A stretch of 64,000 nucleotides of DNA from Lingula anatina (taxonomy: Eukaryota; Animalia; Brachiopoda). This document shows positions 52,560-64,000 of this stretch, piece by piece. Within the stretch, counting starts at the first letter, position 1. The number at the start of each line of letters is the position of its first letter. The notes beneath the pieces are model-generated. The model saw nothing but the letters and a program-made list of their open reading frames with translations. It did no database searches and was not told where the DNA came from. A program made the position numbers and the translations under genes. The stretch lies in NCBI GenBank assembly GCA_051362555.1, contig CM120640.1:53236788-53300787 (forward strand), in the 5' to 3' direction.

Positions 52560-55500
52560 CCCTTTTTTAAACAATGGTTCACATTGTAAAGAAAAAAAAA
52601 AAACAGTATTTTAGCTATCCTTCCAAGAAGCACTCATTAAATGTGTGGGGCAATCATTTACCAGTTCTCTAATCAAATGATACATGTATAATGTTCATTA
52701 TGAAAAGAGTCAACATGTTCTTTGGGGGCATTGCAGAGCTGTAACTTTGAATTTGCCACTTAATATACATGCTGTAAAATATTAATATACTGGCTTAAAG
52801 TAGAGTTCAAAGCGTTATGGTTACCCTAGATATATTGCAAGTAAATTTTATCAAGTAATATAGCACAGGCCTCACAACATACTTTCAGAATGCCAAAGAC
52901 AAACGGAACTGCCTGATGTATTGAAAATATTGGACCACATATATTGATATGTTACATATTTACTTGAATATGATATCGTTGATACTAAGAAATCTACAAT
53001 ACAGAATTGGAAAGCACTGTATTGTGCAGTAAAGTTTCTAAATCACTATAATTACATGCATGTACTGAGTATGTATATAGAACAGTAATCTCAGCAAAAG
53101 GGATGAAAATGGTCACTTTTGAATCTGTGATTTTATGTATATGGGAGGTTTTTCATATAATTGAGGTGGTCAAGGCATAAAAGTATCAGTAAATTGTGCA
53201 AATGGAAGTTTATAATATTAGTGCATAAGAATTATTTCTGATATTTAACTTGCTCTGAACATTGTTGTGGCAAATGCTTTATCAGCACAGCACTTGTTTA
53301 TTCTTTTTATTATTAAGTTTTGATGCACCATTGGTGTTATTGAAGTAAGGAATAATAATAAAATAGGTGGCTAATACATGGGGTTTATATTAGTACTTTT
53401 CTACTAATTAGATTGCTAAACCAAAATATATTTTGATGACATAGGCTGAATATTTTTATGAAAAGTGCTTGGTTTTAGGTCTGTACATTTCAGCATATTA
53501 AGCTGCAGGAGACTTGAACCAAATTAGAAAAAATTGTCTGCTCATATCAGCAATATGTAGTGTGCTGATCGTGTACAATGCTATTTGACTTTAAAGACAT
53601 GGATTATCAATGTATCAAAATGGGCACAGTATAAAGTGACTGTATCCTTTTGAATGTGCCAGAGTTTTTATGTTTAATTAGCATTTTTGATAACCCATTT
53701 GTCACTATGGAGGCAGAAGAACATCTCTTATTTCAATGATAATTAGATTTTTAAGTGAAAAAATAAATGTTTCTTTTATATTACTTTTTGATCATGCTTT
53801 TCCCTTGCAGAAATGCCTACACACTTACATGATTAACTATATTTATGAAAAGTAATATCACAAACATGAAAGAAATCTAAAACATTCAGATTTTATTGAT
53901 AAACATTTATGTTCTATGTATTTTCAGGAAGGTATGATGGATTTGTTCACATTCAGTTTAGCGTGCCTTGAAGGTATCGGTGTGGGTCTGTTAAAAAATC
54001 TTTCTTGGTGATACTATATGCCACAGTAGAGTGACTAAAATGCTGTCCTAGTAACTACTTGTTTAGTAGACTTTCTTATTTTATTACAAACTGTATGTAG
54101 CTTGGACATGTAGTTTATTTGTGTTGTTCTCAGAGGCAAAGAAAATCAATGACTGCTATTTTTTTAAAGAAAGAAGGAGTAAATTTGTATTTCAGATGAA
54201 TTTGTATGTAACTAGACTGTGATGGTGTGTATATGATATTGTAGGTACAATCAGTGACTGGGCGTTTGTGGCAGAAATACTGGTTATGCTGAATTTATAC
54301 ACTTTTTCATGAATAATGTGATCATGAGTTTTGAACAAAAAATGTACCTATGGAATGTACATATCGAACATCAAATAGCGCATGTATACTTGTTTTGAAT
54401 ACCTGCTATTTTAAGGAGGGTACTTGTGGTGCTAAACAGCATTGGTGTTAAACTGTTGTACAGATTTTTGTATAAAACAGACCTTAAATGAAGAACATTT
54501 ATTGTTGTTGATTGACAAATCAGCTGATTCCCATCTCTCCCAAACGAGGAAGTAAGCTCTATGTGTGTGAAAAAGAAACTTAGTTCTACTATTCTTTCTA
54601 TTAAAGCCTTAAATCCTGTTAACTTATGACTGGGAAGTTGACTGATTAAAAACAAGTGATTCATTTTTTTTTATTTTTCCTTTCTATATCGAAATGAAAA
54701 GTTGAATCATACCTGTTGAAATTTATAAATAAACCTCGCTCTTTACGTATCAATCCCATATTGTGCTTATTATTCAAGGCCTTATACTAGGTCTAGTTCA
54801 GCGAAAATCTGGTAATATTCCACTTTCATTTTTTTATAATCAAAAATACAATCACAAACCCAAAATGCGATGCTTGGCTTGTGATGCCTATTATTTGCAA
54901 AATGTTAACTTGAAAGACATCGAAAGAAAAATATTTGCAGAAGAACCTTAAACGTTCAAATTATTCACTCGCCAGTTCAATGGTGCTACAAAAACGTTTT
55001 AGACTGGCGGTGGTGGGCGAATATTCTGTTCTATTCTGGTATACAAGAGGTCAGCTTAGCGATAACATTAACCCATGCAAAAATTCTTGCTTTAGAAAAA
55101 AGTATAAAAAAATTAGTTAGAGACAAATCTAGTGAAAATCAATCTGTGGCTCTGGTAGAGGGTAGCGTATTTGGGATTGGGGAGGGGGGGTCTTAAAGCA
55201 CCCACTTTACACTCAGACTCAGTGCATTTAAAAACATTTGGGCTCCAGATAATGTGTATCTGATAGTGCTATACTGATATACCAAATGTATACTCAGACA
55301 TTGTCCCTTTTCACATCGAGCAGTACGCCTTTCTTCTTTCTTTTTTTTTAAATACGTATCACAGTCTTATTTCTTTAATGGCCCGAGCTCATCCCCGTAT
55401 GTACAGCTGTCACCGATCTGTTCGTAATATTTCCACGTAATTCCTAAATGATGTATATCGTAGATGTGCTAATAGTAAAACAGCTAGCAATTTAAAAAGG

Positions 55501-56279
55501 AGGGGGGCTTCTTTTCCTAAAAACGAGGACCTTTTACCATGTAATCTTCGTTCTAGATACACCCTCGATACACTGCACTAGTCAGGCGTTCGCTCCAGAT
55601 CAAATTTTACTCAGAGCGTTCGATCGAACCCGCAGAACCTCTACTGGCTACGGGCGTGTTCAAAATAACACATTTTGGTCATTTTGTATTTTCTTTTCGC
55701 TAGGCTGCCTCATATGTGGCATGTTTGCTTCCTCCATGGAAAATGTTTAATGACCGGAAGGGGTGCTCTTTTCTGCAGACCTTTTAAAAGATATAAAATA
55801 ATAATAATAATAATAAAAGTGTGTATTCGTTCGGTAGATCAGATAAAGTGGTTTAAATTGAAATGCTAAGCCATCGTAATTTTTCTCCCTTCGCCTATTT
55901 TGTAAAGGTAAGCAATGTGATGATAATCATATTTATTAAGTGGTGTTGTTGCATCAACAACCACATAAGTCCCATAAATGCGCGCAGAATAATAGAATCC
56001 AGCCAATTAACCAGAGAAAAACATTGTTTTTCCTGCAGCCGAAACTCTTGATACACAGCTCTTATTTCATTGTGCTTGTTCTTTTCAAAAGCTGTTCACT
56101 GATAACGAAAGGAAACGAAAAGTTCTAGAGGAAACTTGCACTTGCAACTTTTTAGCTAATTCATGCAACTGCTTGCACTTTCAACGGGGCAGACATCTGT
56201 CCCTATATGCATTAGCTGTATCACGCTCTTGGCTTTGGACATAAAGACTCCAGTCTCCTAGAGACCGTCTAGATACCGT

Positions 56280-56452
56280 CGTTCTACATAGATCGATCCC
56301 CCTTTGCGGGGATACGCCTCCTGGCGTGAAGTAGACTACAGAAAAGCTGGTGATTATGCGAGTCCATTTGGAACAAAAGGAGGCGTGGCATTCAGTTAAG
56401 CTGACTGCACTAAGCGAGAGTCCCCGAAGAGTTGCATCGATCTACACAGACT
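56280..56452. mobile_element. Degenerate palindromic element upstream of the TLR
   Basis: tagatcgat..ctttgcgggga / tccccgaagag..atcgatcta. The internal gctgactgcactaagcg resembles gctgactgcaatttagcg in the MITE at 7823-8061. Confidence 0.45.
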
Positions 56453-56696
56453 AATGGTGTTTATGGGAATGGGGCCATAGACCCCATACAAACTTTAAAG
56501 TGCCCTTCAATACACTACACTAGTCGGGCGATGTTTACTTTCAAACAATTGACTATTGCTATAGAAGTAACACTTTTAGTTTTATTTTCATAATCGAAAT
56601 TGAAATCTGCATAAAAGGCAAACAGCTCAGTGAGAAAACGCACACAAGCCTACTGGAAAGAGATGCGCGTAACAACGAACTGATACAAGCTATCAA

Positions 56697-59450
56697 ATGG
56701 CAGCCTACAAATACATTTCTGTACACCACTGTTTTAGGATTGCGTTTGAAAAGATTGCGGCGATAACATTTCTCCTGTGTCTTTTGTGTTGTAAATCAGC
56801 ATTTTCAGGATGCAAAATCAAGAACATCTCAGAAGGTTCGATTGTTCATTGTGCAAATCAACGGCTGTCAGTGTTTCCAAACTTACCAAGCAATACCATA
56901 ACCGCTGATCTGCACGGCAATGTGTTACCTTTTTTGAGAAGAGAAAACTTCAAAAGACTAAGAAATGTTAAAAGCTTAACGCTTAGTAATTGCAATACTA
57001 AAGGAATAGAAGAAGGTGCGTTTGAAGGTCTCTCTCGCTTGGAAATTCTACGTCTTGGCTCTAATGGGTTGATTTTGGCTCCTACAGCACTGTTGCCATT
57101 GGTTAACGTTGTTCATCTGGACCTCTCATACAACAGTGGTATATTAGGCCCTCGGCCATGGAATGGGACGTTTAAAGGACTTCATAAACTGCAGTTTCTG
57201 TCCTTAAGGGCTACAGGCATTGAAATTTTACCGGATGATATATTTCAAACCAATCAACTTTTGTCTACGCTTCTTATTTCCCTCAATCACTTAAGGTTCA
57301 TTCCTGTGGGCCTTATCAGTTTGGTAAATTTAAAAGATCTGAACTTATCCGAAAATCTTATTCAATCAGTAAATGTGAATGCTACATTCCAAACAAAGGC
57401 ACCTACATTTAAACTACATCTGTTAGACAACAAACTCCGCAAGCTCGACAGAAAGGACTTGACCCCATTGAGGAATGTGAAACACCTAACAATTAATCTG
57501 CGTCGAAATCGTATTGCAAATATTGCACAAGACACATTCGTTGATTTAAAAAATATCGTTAAATTAGATGTTTCAGAAAACCCTCTTTGTCAAAATAATG
57601 CCCAGGAAACAAATGAAAGTCTGGAGGACATCAACGTCCAAAGTTGGCCTTCATGTAATGCGGCTTATAATCTATCTTTGGCGCTCCGGTCAACCAAAGT
57701 TGCTAACCTCGTCCTGGAGCACATCGGCTGGAAAACGTATCAACTAAAAGAAGATGACTTCGTAAATTTGAAAAATTCTTCTCTCAGACTTCTCAAGCTT
57801 GGTGGAAACAACTTTGGAAGAATACCAGAAGACGCATTCCAGCATGTCTCCACCTTGCATTCTTTGTTTTTGGACAATTGTGCTATAGATACCATTCCTG
57901 CAAATGCGTTTGCGCCTTTAAAGTGGCTTCGGTCATTGCATTTGGAGCGCAACAACTTAGAAACAGTCTTAGTTCAAAACGTCTTGGACTTTTGTCCTCG
58001 TCTATCCTTTATTGATGTCAGCGGAAACAAATTTAAGAACAGTCTCCCCAATGGCACTATTGAAAGATACGTGATAGCAAACCATACCAAAATTTCAACC
58101 ATAAAGCTTTCGCACAATAACCTGAACCTGGTGTTTGTTTTTGAGAGTCTGACTGCACTGAGAACATTAGAATTGAATTTTATAAACGAATCCCCAAAAA
58201 ACTTTAAATTTCATCAACTACAGCTGCACAATTTACCATCGTTACTTACACTTGAATTCCGAGGTAACAAAGGCTACCTGCAACAGTATCTCGACCATCA
58301 TCTGGAACTTACGTCTTCGACCATATTTGAAGAAGTCCCGTCTTTGGAAAAGCTCGATTTAAGCTATAATGATTTATATCGATCGCCTTCAGATTTAGTA
58401 ATGACTATGTTCAAATCTTTGACAAGTTTAAAAGAACTGTTTATGTCTAAAACGATCGACAAACTATCCCCCGGTATGTTTGCTTCGATGCCGGATTTAC
58501 AATACCTTTCACTATCAAACAACAAACTTAAATTTCTCCCGCGCAATATTTTCCGAAACCTCCGGAAATTAAAAGTTTTAAACCTTGGCAACAATTTCAT
58601 CGGTAGATTTCAAGAAGGTTTATTTGAAGGGCTCGATTCACTTACTACAATTGACATTTCCACTAACAAATTGATTTGTGATTGTCAGATACGACCTCTA
58701 CAAAAATGGTTGGACAACCACAAGCATATCACAGTTAAAGGGAGACATGATTACTGCTTTGCCCCGGCATCCACGACCAATAAAAGAATACAGGAGTACC
58801 GCCCTTCATGGCTTGATTGTGACAATAACTTAGTTATTTTGCTTGCTTCTTCAAGTGGAAGTCTTTTTTGTGTCGTTACTATCGCTCTTGTGATCTACGT
58901 CTTACGTTGGGATATAAAGTTTGCCATCGCTGTGCGTCGTGCGCGAAGATTTCCCCGCAAACATGTCAGGAGAGGAAAAGAGTTTGATGCCTTCGTATCT
59001 TACTGTCCTCACGACATAGCTTGGGTAAAGGATGCCCTTATTGCAAAAGTCGAAGAGGATCAGTATTTCAACTTTCATTTATGTGTACATGAGCGCGATT
59101 TTCTTGCTGGGAAATTCATTGTTGAAAATATAGAAGAGAACGTTGAAAAAAGCAAGAAAATCATTTTTGTTGTCACGGAAAGTTTTCTAGCAAGCGAATA
59201 TTGCGACCTAGAAGTCAATCTTGCAAAAACTAAATTATTTGAGCGCTCTATTGATTCGGTCGTATTTATTTGCTTTGATATGATCAAGAAATCAAAGATG
59301 TCAGAACCGATGAACACCATGATGCGCCATTCATGCGTTTTGTATTGGCCACAAGAAGATCGTCTGCGAGAACGTGCCATCTTCTGGAAGAAACTTAAAC
59401 TCGCCTTATGGTCAAAACAAGACTTTGTTATGGACGAAACTTTACTGTAA
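56697..59450 (+). CDS. TLR: Toll-like receptor, single-cysteine-cluster (vertebrate-like) type, intronless, 917 aa
   Basis: Signal peptide; LRRNT (CKIK...VHCANQRLSVFPNLPSNT); about 20 LxxLxLxxN repeats; LRRCT (NKLICDCQIRPLQKWL...C...C); TM segment (VILLASSSGSLFCVVTIALVIYV); TIR boxes FDAFVSY, LCVHERDFLAG and FWKKLKLAL. Confidence 0.97.
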   Translation: MAAYKYISVHHCFRIAFEKIAAITFLLCLLCCKSAFSGCKIKNISEGSIVHCANQRLSVFPNLPSNTITADLHGNVLPFLRRENFKRLRNVKSLTLSNCNTKGIEEGAFEGLSRLEILRLGSNGLILAPTALLPLVNVVHLDLSYNSGILGPRPWNGTFKGLHKLQFLSLRATGIEILPDDIFQTNQLLSTLLISLNHLRFIPVGLISLVNLKDLNLSENLIQSVNVNATFQTKAPTFKLHLLDNKLRKLDRKDLTPLRNVKHLTINLRRNRIANIAQDTFVDLKNIVKLDVSENPLCQNNAQETNESLEDINVQSWPSCNAAYNLSLALRSTKVANLVLEHIGWKTYQLKEDDFVNLKNSSLRLLKLGGNNFGRIPEDAFQHVSTLHSLFLDNCAIDTIPANAFAPLKWLRSLHLERNNLETVLVQNVLDFCPRLSFIDVSGNKFKNSLPNGTIERYVIANHTKISTIKLSHNNLNLVFVFESLTALRTLELNFINESPKNFKFHQLQLHNLPSLLTLEFRGNKGYLQQYLDHHLELTSSTIFEEVPSLEKLDLSYNDLYRSPSDLVMTMFKSLTSLKELFMSKTIDKLSPGMFASMPDLQYLSLSNNKLKFLPRNIFRNLRKLKVLNLGNNFIGRFQEGLFEGLDSLTTIDISTNKLICDCQIRPLQKWLDNHKHITVKGRHDYCFAPASTTNKRIQEYRPSWLDCDNNLVILLASSSGSLFCVVTIALVIYVLRWDIKFAIAVRRARRFPRKHVRRGKEFDAFVSYCPHDIAWVKDALIAKVEEDQYFNFHLCVHERDFLAGKFIVENIEENVEKSKKIIFVVTESFLASEYCDLEVNLAKTKLFERSIDSVVFICFDMIKKSKMSEPMNTMMRHSCVLYWPQEDRLRERAIFWKKLKLALWSKQDFVMDETLL

Positions 59451-61867
59451 ACTGACTTTTGTCAAATTATTCATGAAAATTCCAAACTGATGGGTAGCGA
59501 GGATCAATTGGCTATACACACTTCACTTTCTGGTATCCTGGATCTGCTAGTGAAGGACTTAAGTTTTCCGGTTTTAAGCAGTTACAACATTAGGTTACTT
59601 AAGCAGAAGAAGTAGATAGAACTAGACGAACTGAACATTTCATTTTAGATAAGAGCCATTTAACGCGAGAAAGTCGCGTACATAGTTTAAATAGAATATA
59701 TGGTTGAATGTCAGATACGCTAAAATATTCTTAATATTTGCATGATTCGTAAGTCACATGTAGATATTGTAAACTTTAGGTCTTCAAACCAAAGATATAT
59801 ATCTCTTAATCGCGTTCATGACTTTAAGATTTTGATCCTTAAACTCGTTTGCGCCAAAATACTGTATATTTGAAATGCTTATAGTATTCTTATACAGAGG
59901 GCTGACAAAAGCATTGCACCATTTTGAAGGTGAACAGCAACTGGGTTTGTTTTTTCATTTGGTATTTTATTGAAACGTAGTTGCATGTTTGTGAAGTTGG
60001 TATCTTTACTGCAGGTTTACAGACGAAAGCTTTGCCCTTACGAAACCTTTTTTGCAGGATAGCCACGTAATCTCAATATTTCAACCACCCATCTAGGCAT
60101 AGACTGCTAAAAGTTCAGTTATCTTCCGGAGGCTATGTTGGCCCACATTCTAAAGATACTATCATTTAATTATATTATTATCTGGAAGTAACTTTTCTTG
60201 AACTATCTTGGCCTGCTGAAACAGGTCATTTGTGGAGTTTGCAGGACTACCAGTAGGCCTACTTTTTAAACCCATTTATTCATAATACAAACCGACATCA
60301 GGCCTTTTACAATTACCCTCTTCTGAAAGTTACTGTTACATGTACATTAGTGTATTGAAGAATTTAGGGTTTAAGTCATGCATAGCTGTTCCCGACAGTT
60401 TCTCCATTTCTCATTTGAGCTATCGCAACCGCACATAGCGCACCTGTCGCACTAAGCCACATTTAGTCACAGGCCGTGATTTCAACCGAGACCGCCACTC
60501 TCTTGTGTTTGGAGATTTGAAAGTACTGAGACTTGAATCCCCAGGGAAGCCAAAGTCGACAACTTTAAACAAATTTAAGAATAGTATTAATTAATTTTTA
60601 AGCCTAAAAGTATATTGCGAGGACTTTGTATTTTCTGCAATGATAAGAAAGGATTATACTGCAAAGGTAAACGTTTCAGACAAGGTTCGTATTACATCAA
60701 CAGGTGAAAGTCGATGTTTGACCCCATTAAAAGTAAAACTAAGTTAATATCGATCGGTTGACCTACTTCCAACTTTATGACTTTGAAGGTGTTATTGCTG
60801 TCAAAGGCTTATGTTATGGTACACAGAGCACAGTTATTCCTGTAATGGACAATTATTTGAGGATTAATATCATCTTGCACACACTTTTCTTACTCTGTCA
60901 CTGAGGCTGAGCTCTAAAATATTGTGTAAATAATGTTGTCTAGAGAGCCTGCAAATGTATTCATATAATTTAGTGCTCAATAAACTTATTATTATTATTA
61001 TTAAAATATCCTGACACCAGATATGTTTCTTCTGGGATTTATGATTGAAATTGATAAATTAAAACCGACCTGCTCTTTTGCGTACTTGTAAAATTTTACT
61101 AGTGTTGTTATTTATTTTAAAGAAATTTCATTATTGGGGGTGGGGTTTAAGATGAAACACTTTGTTTTCCCTGAAATAACTGGATGTCTTAGTTGAGAAG
61201 GAATATGAGTGATACATAAGATTGAACCCATTCGGCATTAGCTCTAACTGTAAAATGCTCTCAGAAAGAATTTAAATGAAGACAGCTGAATAAGTTCAGG
61301 GGTCAAATACAGGCGAGGAAAAATATTAATTAGACAATCAGGATGAGAAAGAAAATTTTATATTTAATATTTTTGTCAGCCAGCATGTTTCAATAATGAG
61401 ATTACCCTAAGAACAGGAGGGGAGTATTGGTTGGCTGTCTCCATTGATTGTTTGGCATACTAAACCAGACATATGTCTTTTGTGAGAGAGAGAAAGAGAG
61501 CTCCTGATCAGTGTTTGTTTCCAAATACTATCCATATGGTATGTGCACATAGACTAGAAAAGCATAGGATAATAATTTCCAAAGCTTGCATTATTTGAGA
61601 TTATGACAAGAAAAAGAATATCCAGAAGCATCAGAAGTACACATAATCATCGGTAGGATTTCTGTTGAACTATTGATGGCTTCCCTTGTTTAACAAACAA
61701 TGAAGCAAAACGAAACCATAAGCAGATGGTAGTCTGTAGAATGCTTTGATCTGTTAATGCAATCCACATACAGTAACACCTGATTCTTCCAAGTACTAAT
61801 ATATATATCAGTTTTATCTTTAATGTGTAGGTCCACTAAATTAATGAAATCTAGATTGCCCTAGTCT

Positions 61868-62195
61868 AGGCCTATCCAACTACCAGACTCGGCACCAAAT
61901 GATCCCAAATTTACTGGTAAGTCAGATCACACTAGCCGTTTTCAAGGTATGCGTCAGTACGCATTTTGCAGTATCGTACCCCGGAACAAATTTTGAGATG
62001 AGATGCACTAGCTACTTTCCAACCCCGCAGAGAATCATCACGTACTAGGCAAGAGCGGTGTCACGTCTGATACTTCGAAGCGTGTACTGACACACACCTT
62101 GAAAAAGGGGAGTGAGGTCCGATCTACTGGTAAATTCTGGATCATCCGGTGATTTTAGGATCATTCTGTGCCAAGTCTGGTAGTTGGATAGGCCT
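61868..62195. mobile_element. Foldback MITE
   Basis: aggcctatccaactaccagact.ggcac / gtgccaagtctggtagttggataggcct, plus inner arms ttttcaaggtatgcgtcagtac / gtactgacacacaccttgaaaa. Confidence 0.8.
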
Positions 62196-64000
62196 GTAGC
62201 CTATAGAGAATAATCCTTGTATTTAACGTAGTCAACTGTTACACTCTGTACAGAGACATAAAAGGAAACAAGTAATGATTAAGGTACATCATATTTCATA
62301 TATAAGAAATTAAATCATTATTCAGCTTTGCTGAGTGTATACCAGTATTGCTTTAAATTTTGTAAACACAGAAGTAGTGTAACAATGAAATTCATGTTGT
62401 AAAATTAAAAATACGAACAATTATATCTGTAAGGTGTTAAAAAATAAGTGCATGTACGTAGGTTATAGTAAGACATTTTTGTAAACAGAAAAAAAATTTG
62501 TAACTGAAAAGAAAACCTACCAAGACCCACATACAAGTAAACATGATTTTGGTCTTTGGTCAAATAGCCAAAATTGGGGCAGTGCTGAATGTTTTTGTGA
62601 TCAGATATATATAACTGGGGGATAAAAAATTAATTGACTTACAATTTACATATGTTTGAAATGAGTTAAAATTGATTTGTGGATTAGTTAAATTGAACAT
62701 TATAGTTCACAAGCTGATATGTATTTGATGTAAGCCTAATGCTTGTCTGGCAGCAACTTCATCCCTTCTCAGTTACTGTATAATGTGCTTTGTTGTGTGA
62801 AATAGTTACACAACACTGCAGTATTTACACAAGTGAGAAGTGAGGAAAACTACCACCAGAACTGTAAAATACAAAGAAGGATTGAATTTCTGAAACTAAC
62901 TCCACCTTGGCGCAGTAACAATAGTAATTAGGGGAAAATCAATTTCAGTTCTGTAAGCTTTTGCCTTATCAGCTGCTTTGAGATACTTGCACGAAAAGTT
63001 AATTAGATTTTGTTTTCCCTCTAGTATTACTTTCCAAGTTTAATGGCCAATTACTTGTGCCCTGTCTCAGAAATTATCAAATTGAACAATGAATGACAGT
63101 GTCTTTGTTCAAAAGGCAGATGAAGCTTTTATTGTCTGAAGATGGGAAATAATTCATCTGCAAGAACTGAACAAGTTAGCATATGGCTCATGTCTTCAAT
63201 TCACAGACCAGTGACTACTATTTTTTAATAAAATGCCACTCCTTGAAAGAATTGTGAAAATGATGCGTGTTGCTGTTTTGATATATAATGAAGTGTGCAA
63301 ATCGAGTTAAGATTAACTTTCCACTTCTGAGATGAATAACATTGTGAACAGTTTGTCATATCTCATTCACTTTATCAAATAAAATCAGGTCCTGTTCATG
63401 TGGCATGATACCAACTATTTCCCATATCCCCCTCTGAAGCTTACTGAATAATTAGGAGTATTAGAAAAGCAACTCCATGCTGTCATGATGTTAACAGTTT
63501 CAGTTGAGGAATTTATAAACTTTTCATAGTGGAAGAAAAAATGTGGATACCATGCAAGTTAATAGTTTCAATTATCCCGTTCTAATATCAACTGAAAAAT
63601 TCCACCGTGAGAAAGAAAGGGGAAAATACTTAAATGTACACTCACTTCACACAAAGAAACAGTATTTTTTCTCTCACCCCAGGTGGGAAATGGGAATTTA
63701 AAAAGGGCATTCATAAATAATCATCTCTCATATCAGGGTGTGATATGATTGCTTGGCAATTTAACCAGAATAAAAAAGTTCTGTAGGCTGAGATCTTGTG
63801 AAATAGGTTCGCCATTGAAGGAAAACTAATTTTGTGTGTTGGCAAGATTGAGAGAGCTAAAGCATAAGATTACAAATGTGGCAAGCTACATGTGAGGGTG
63901 GAAACTGAGAAGAAATCTATTTTATTTTTTGTTATATGTTGTATGGTTTCAATGTGGCTGTACAATTATTATGCTTCAGAAGTAGATTTCAATGAAGGAC

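Noticed and set aside
55145-55640. Possible degenerate TIR element upstream of the TLR
   Set aside because: The terminal match is weak and there is no TSD.
57740-59380. Antisense ORFs in the TLR
   Set aside because: Shadows of the long sense ORF.

Overview
AT-rich animal genomic DNA, probably a marine invertebrate; the peptide gene hints at an echinoderm or hemichordate, but the sequence alone does not establish this. Five protein-coding genes were reconstructed by hand from GT-AG splice sites. (1) A minus-strand ankyrin-repeat gene with at least 19 coding exons, all introns phase 0, running off the left edge, with a uORF-rich leader. (2) A minus-strand 6-coding-exon gene for a 253-aa Pro/Tyr/Gly-rich protein I do not recognise. 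(3) A plus-strand 207-aa neuropeptide precursor ending in RKR-YTHCPPFGGCFHIKLQPFDNPGSKGPKIRY-G-stop, with a CRE+TATA promoter and a non-coding first exon. (4) An 8-exon, 401-aa SLC17-family MFS transporter. (5) An intronless 917-aa Toll-like receptor with a TLR3-type Ala in the BB loop. Introns and intergenic DNA carry many non-autonomous DNA transposons (hAT, Harbinger, Kolobok-like, CACTA-like, Zisupton-like, Helentron/HINE-like and foldback MITEs), several of them nested. The most interesting object is the atypical calcitonin-like peptide, which has a short core and a C-terminal RY-amide.
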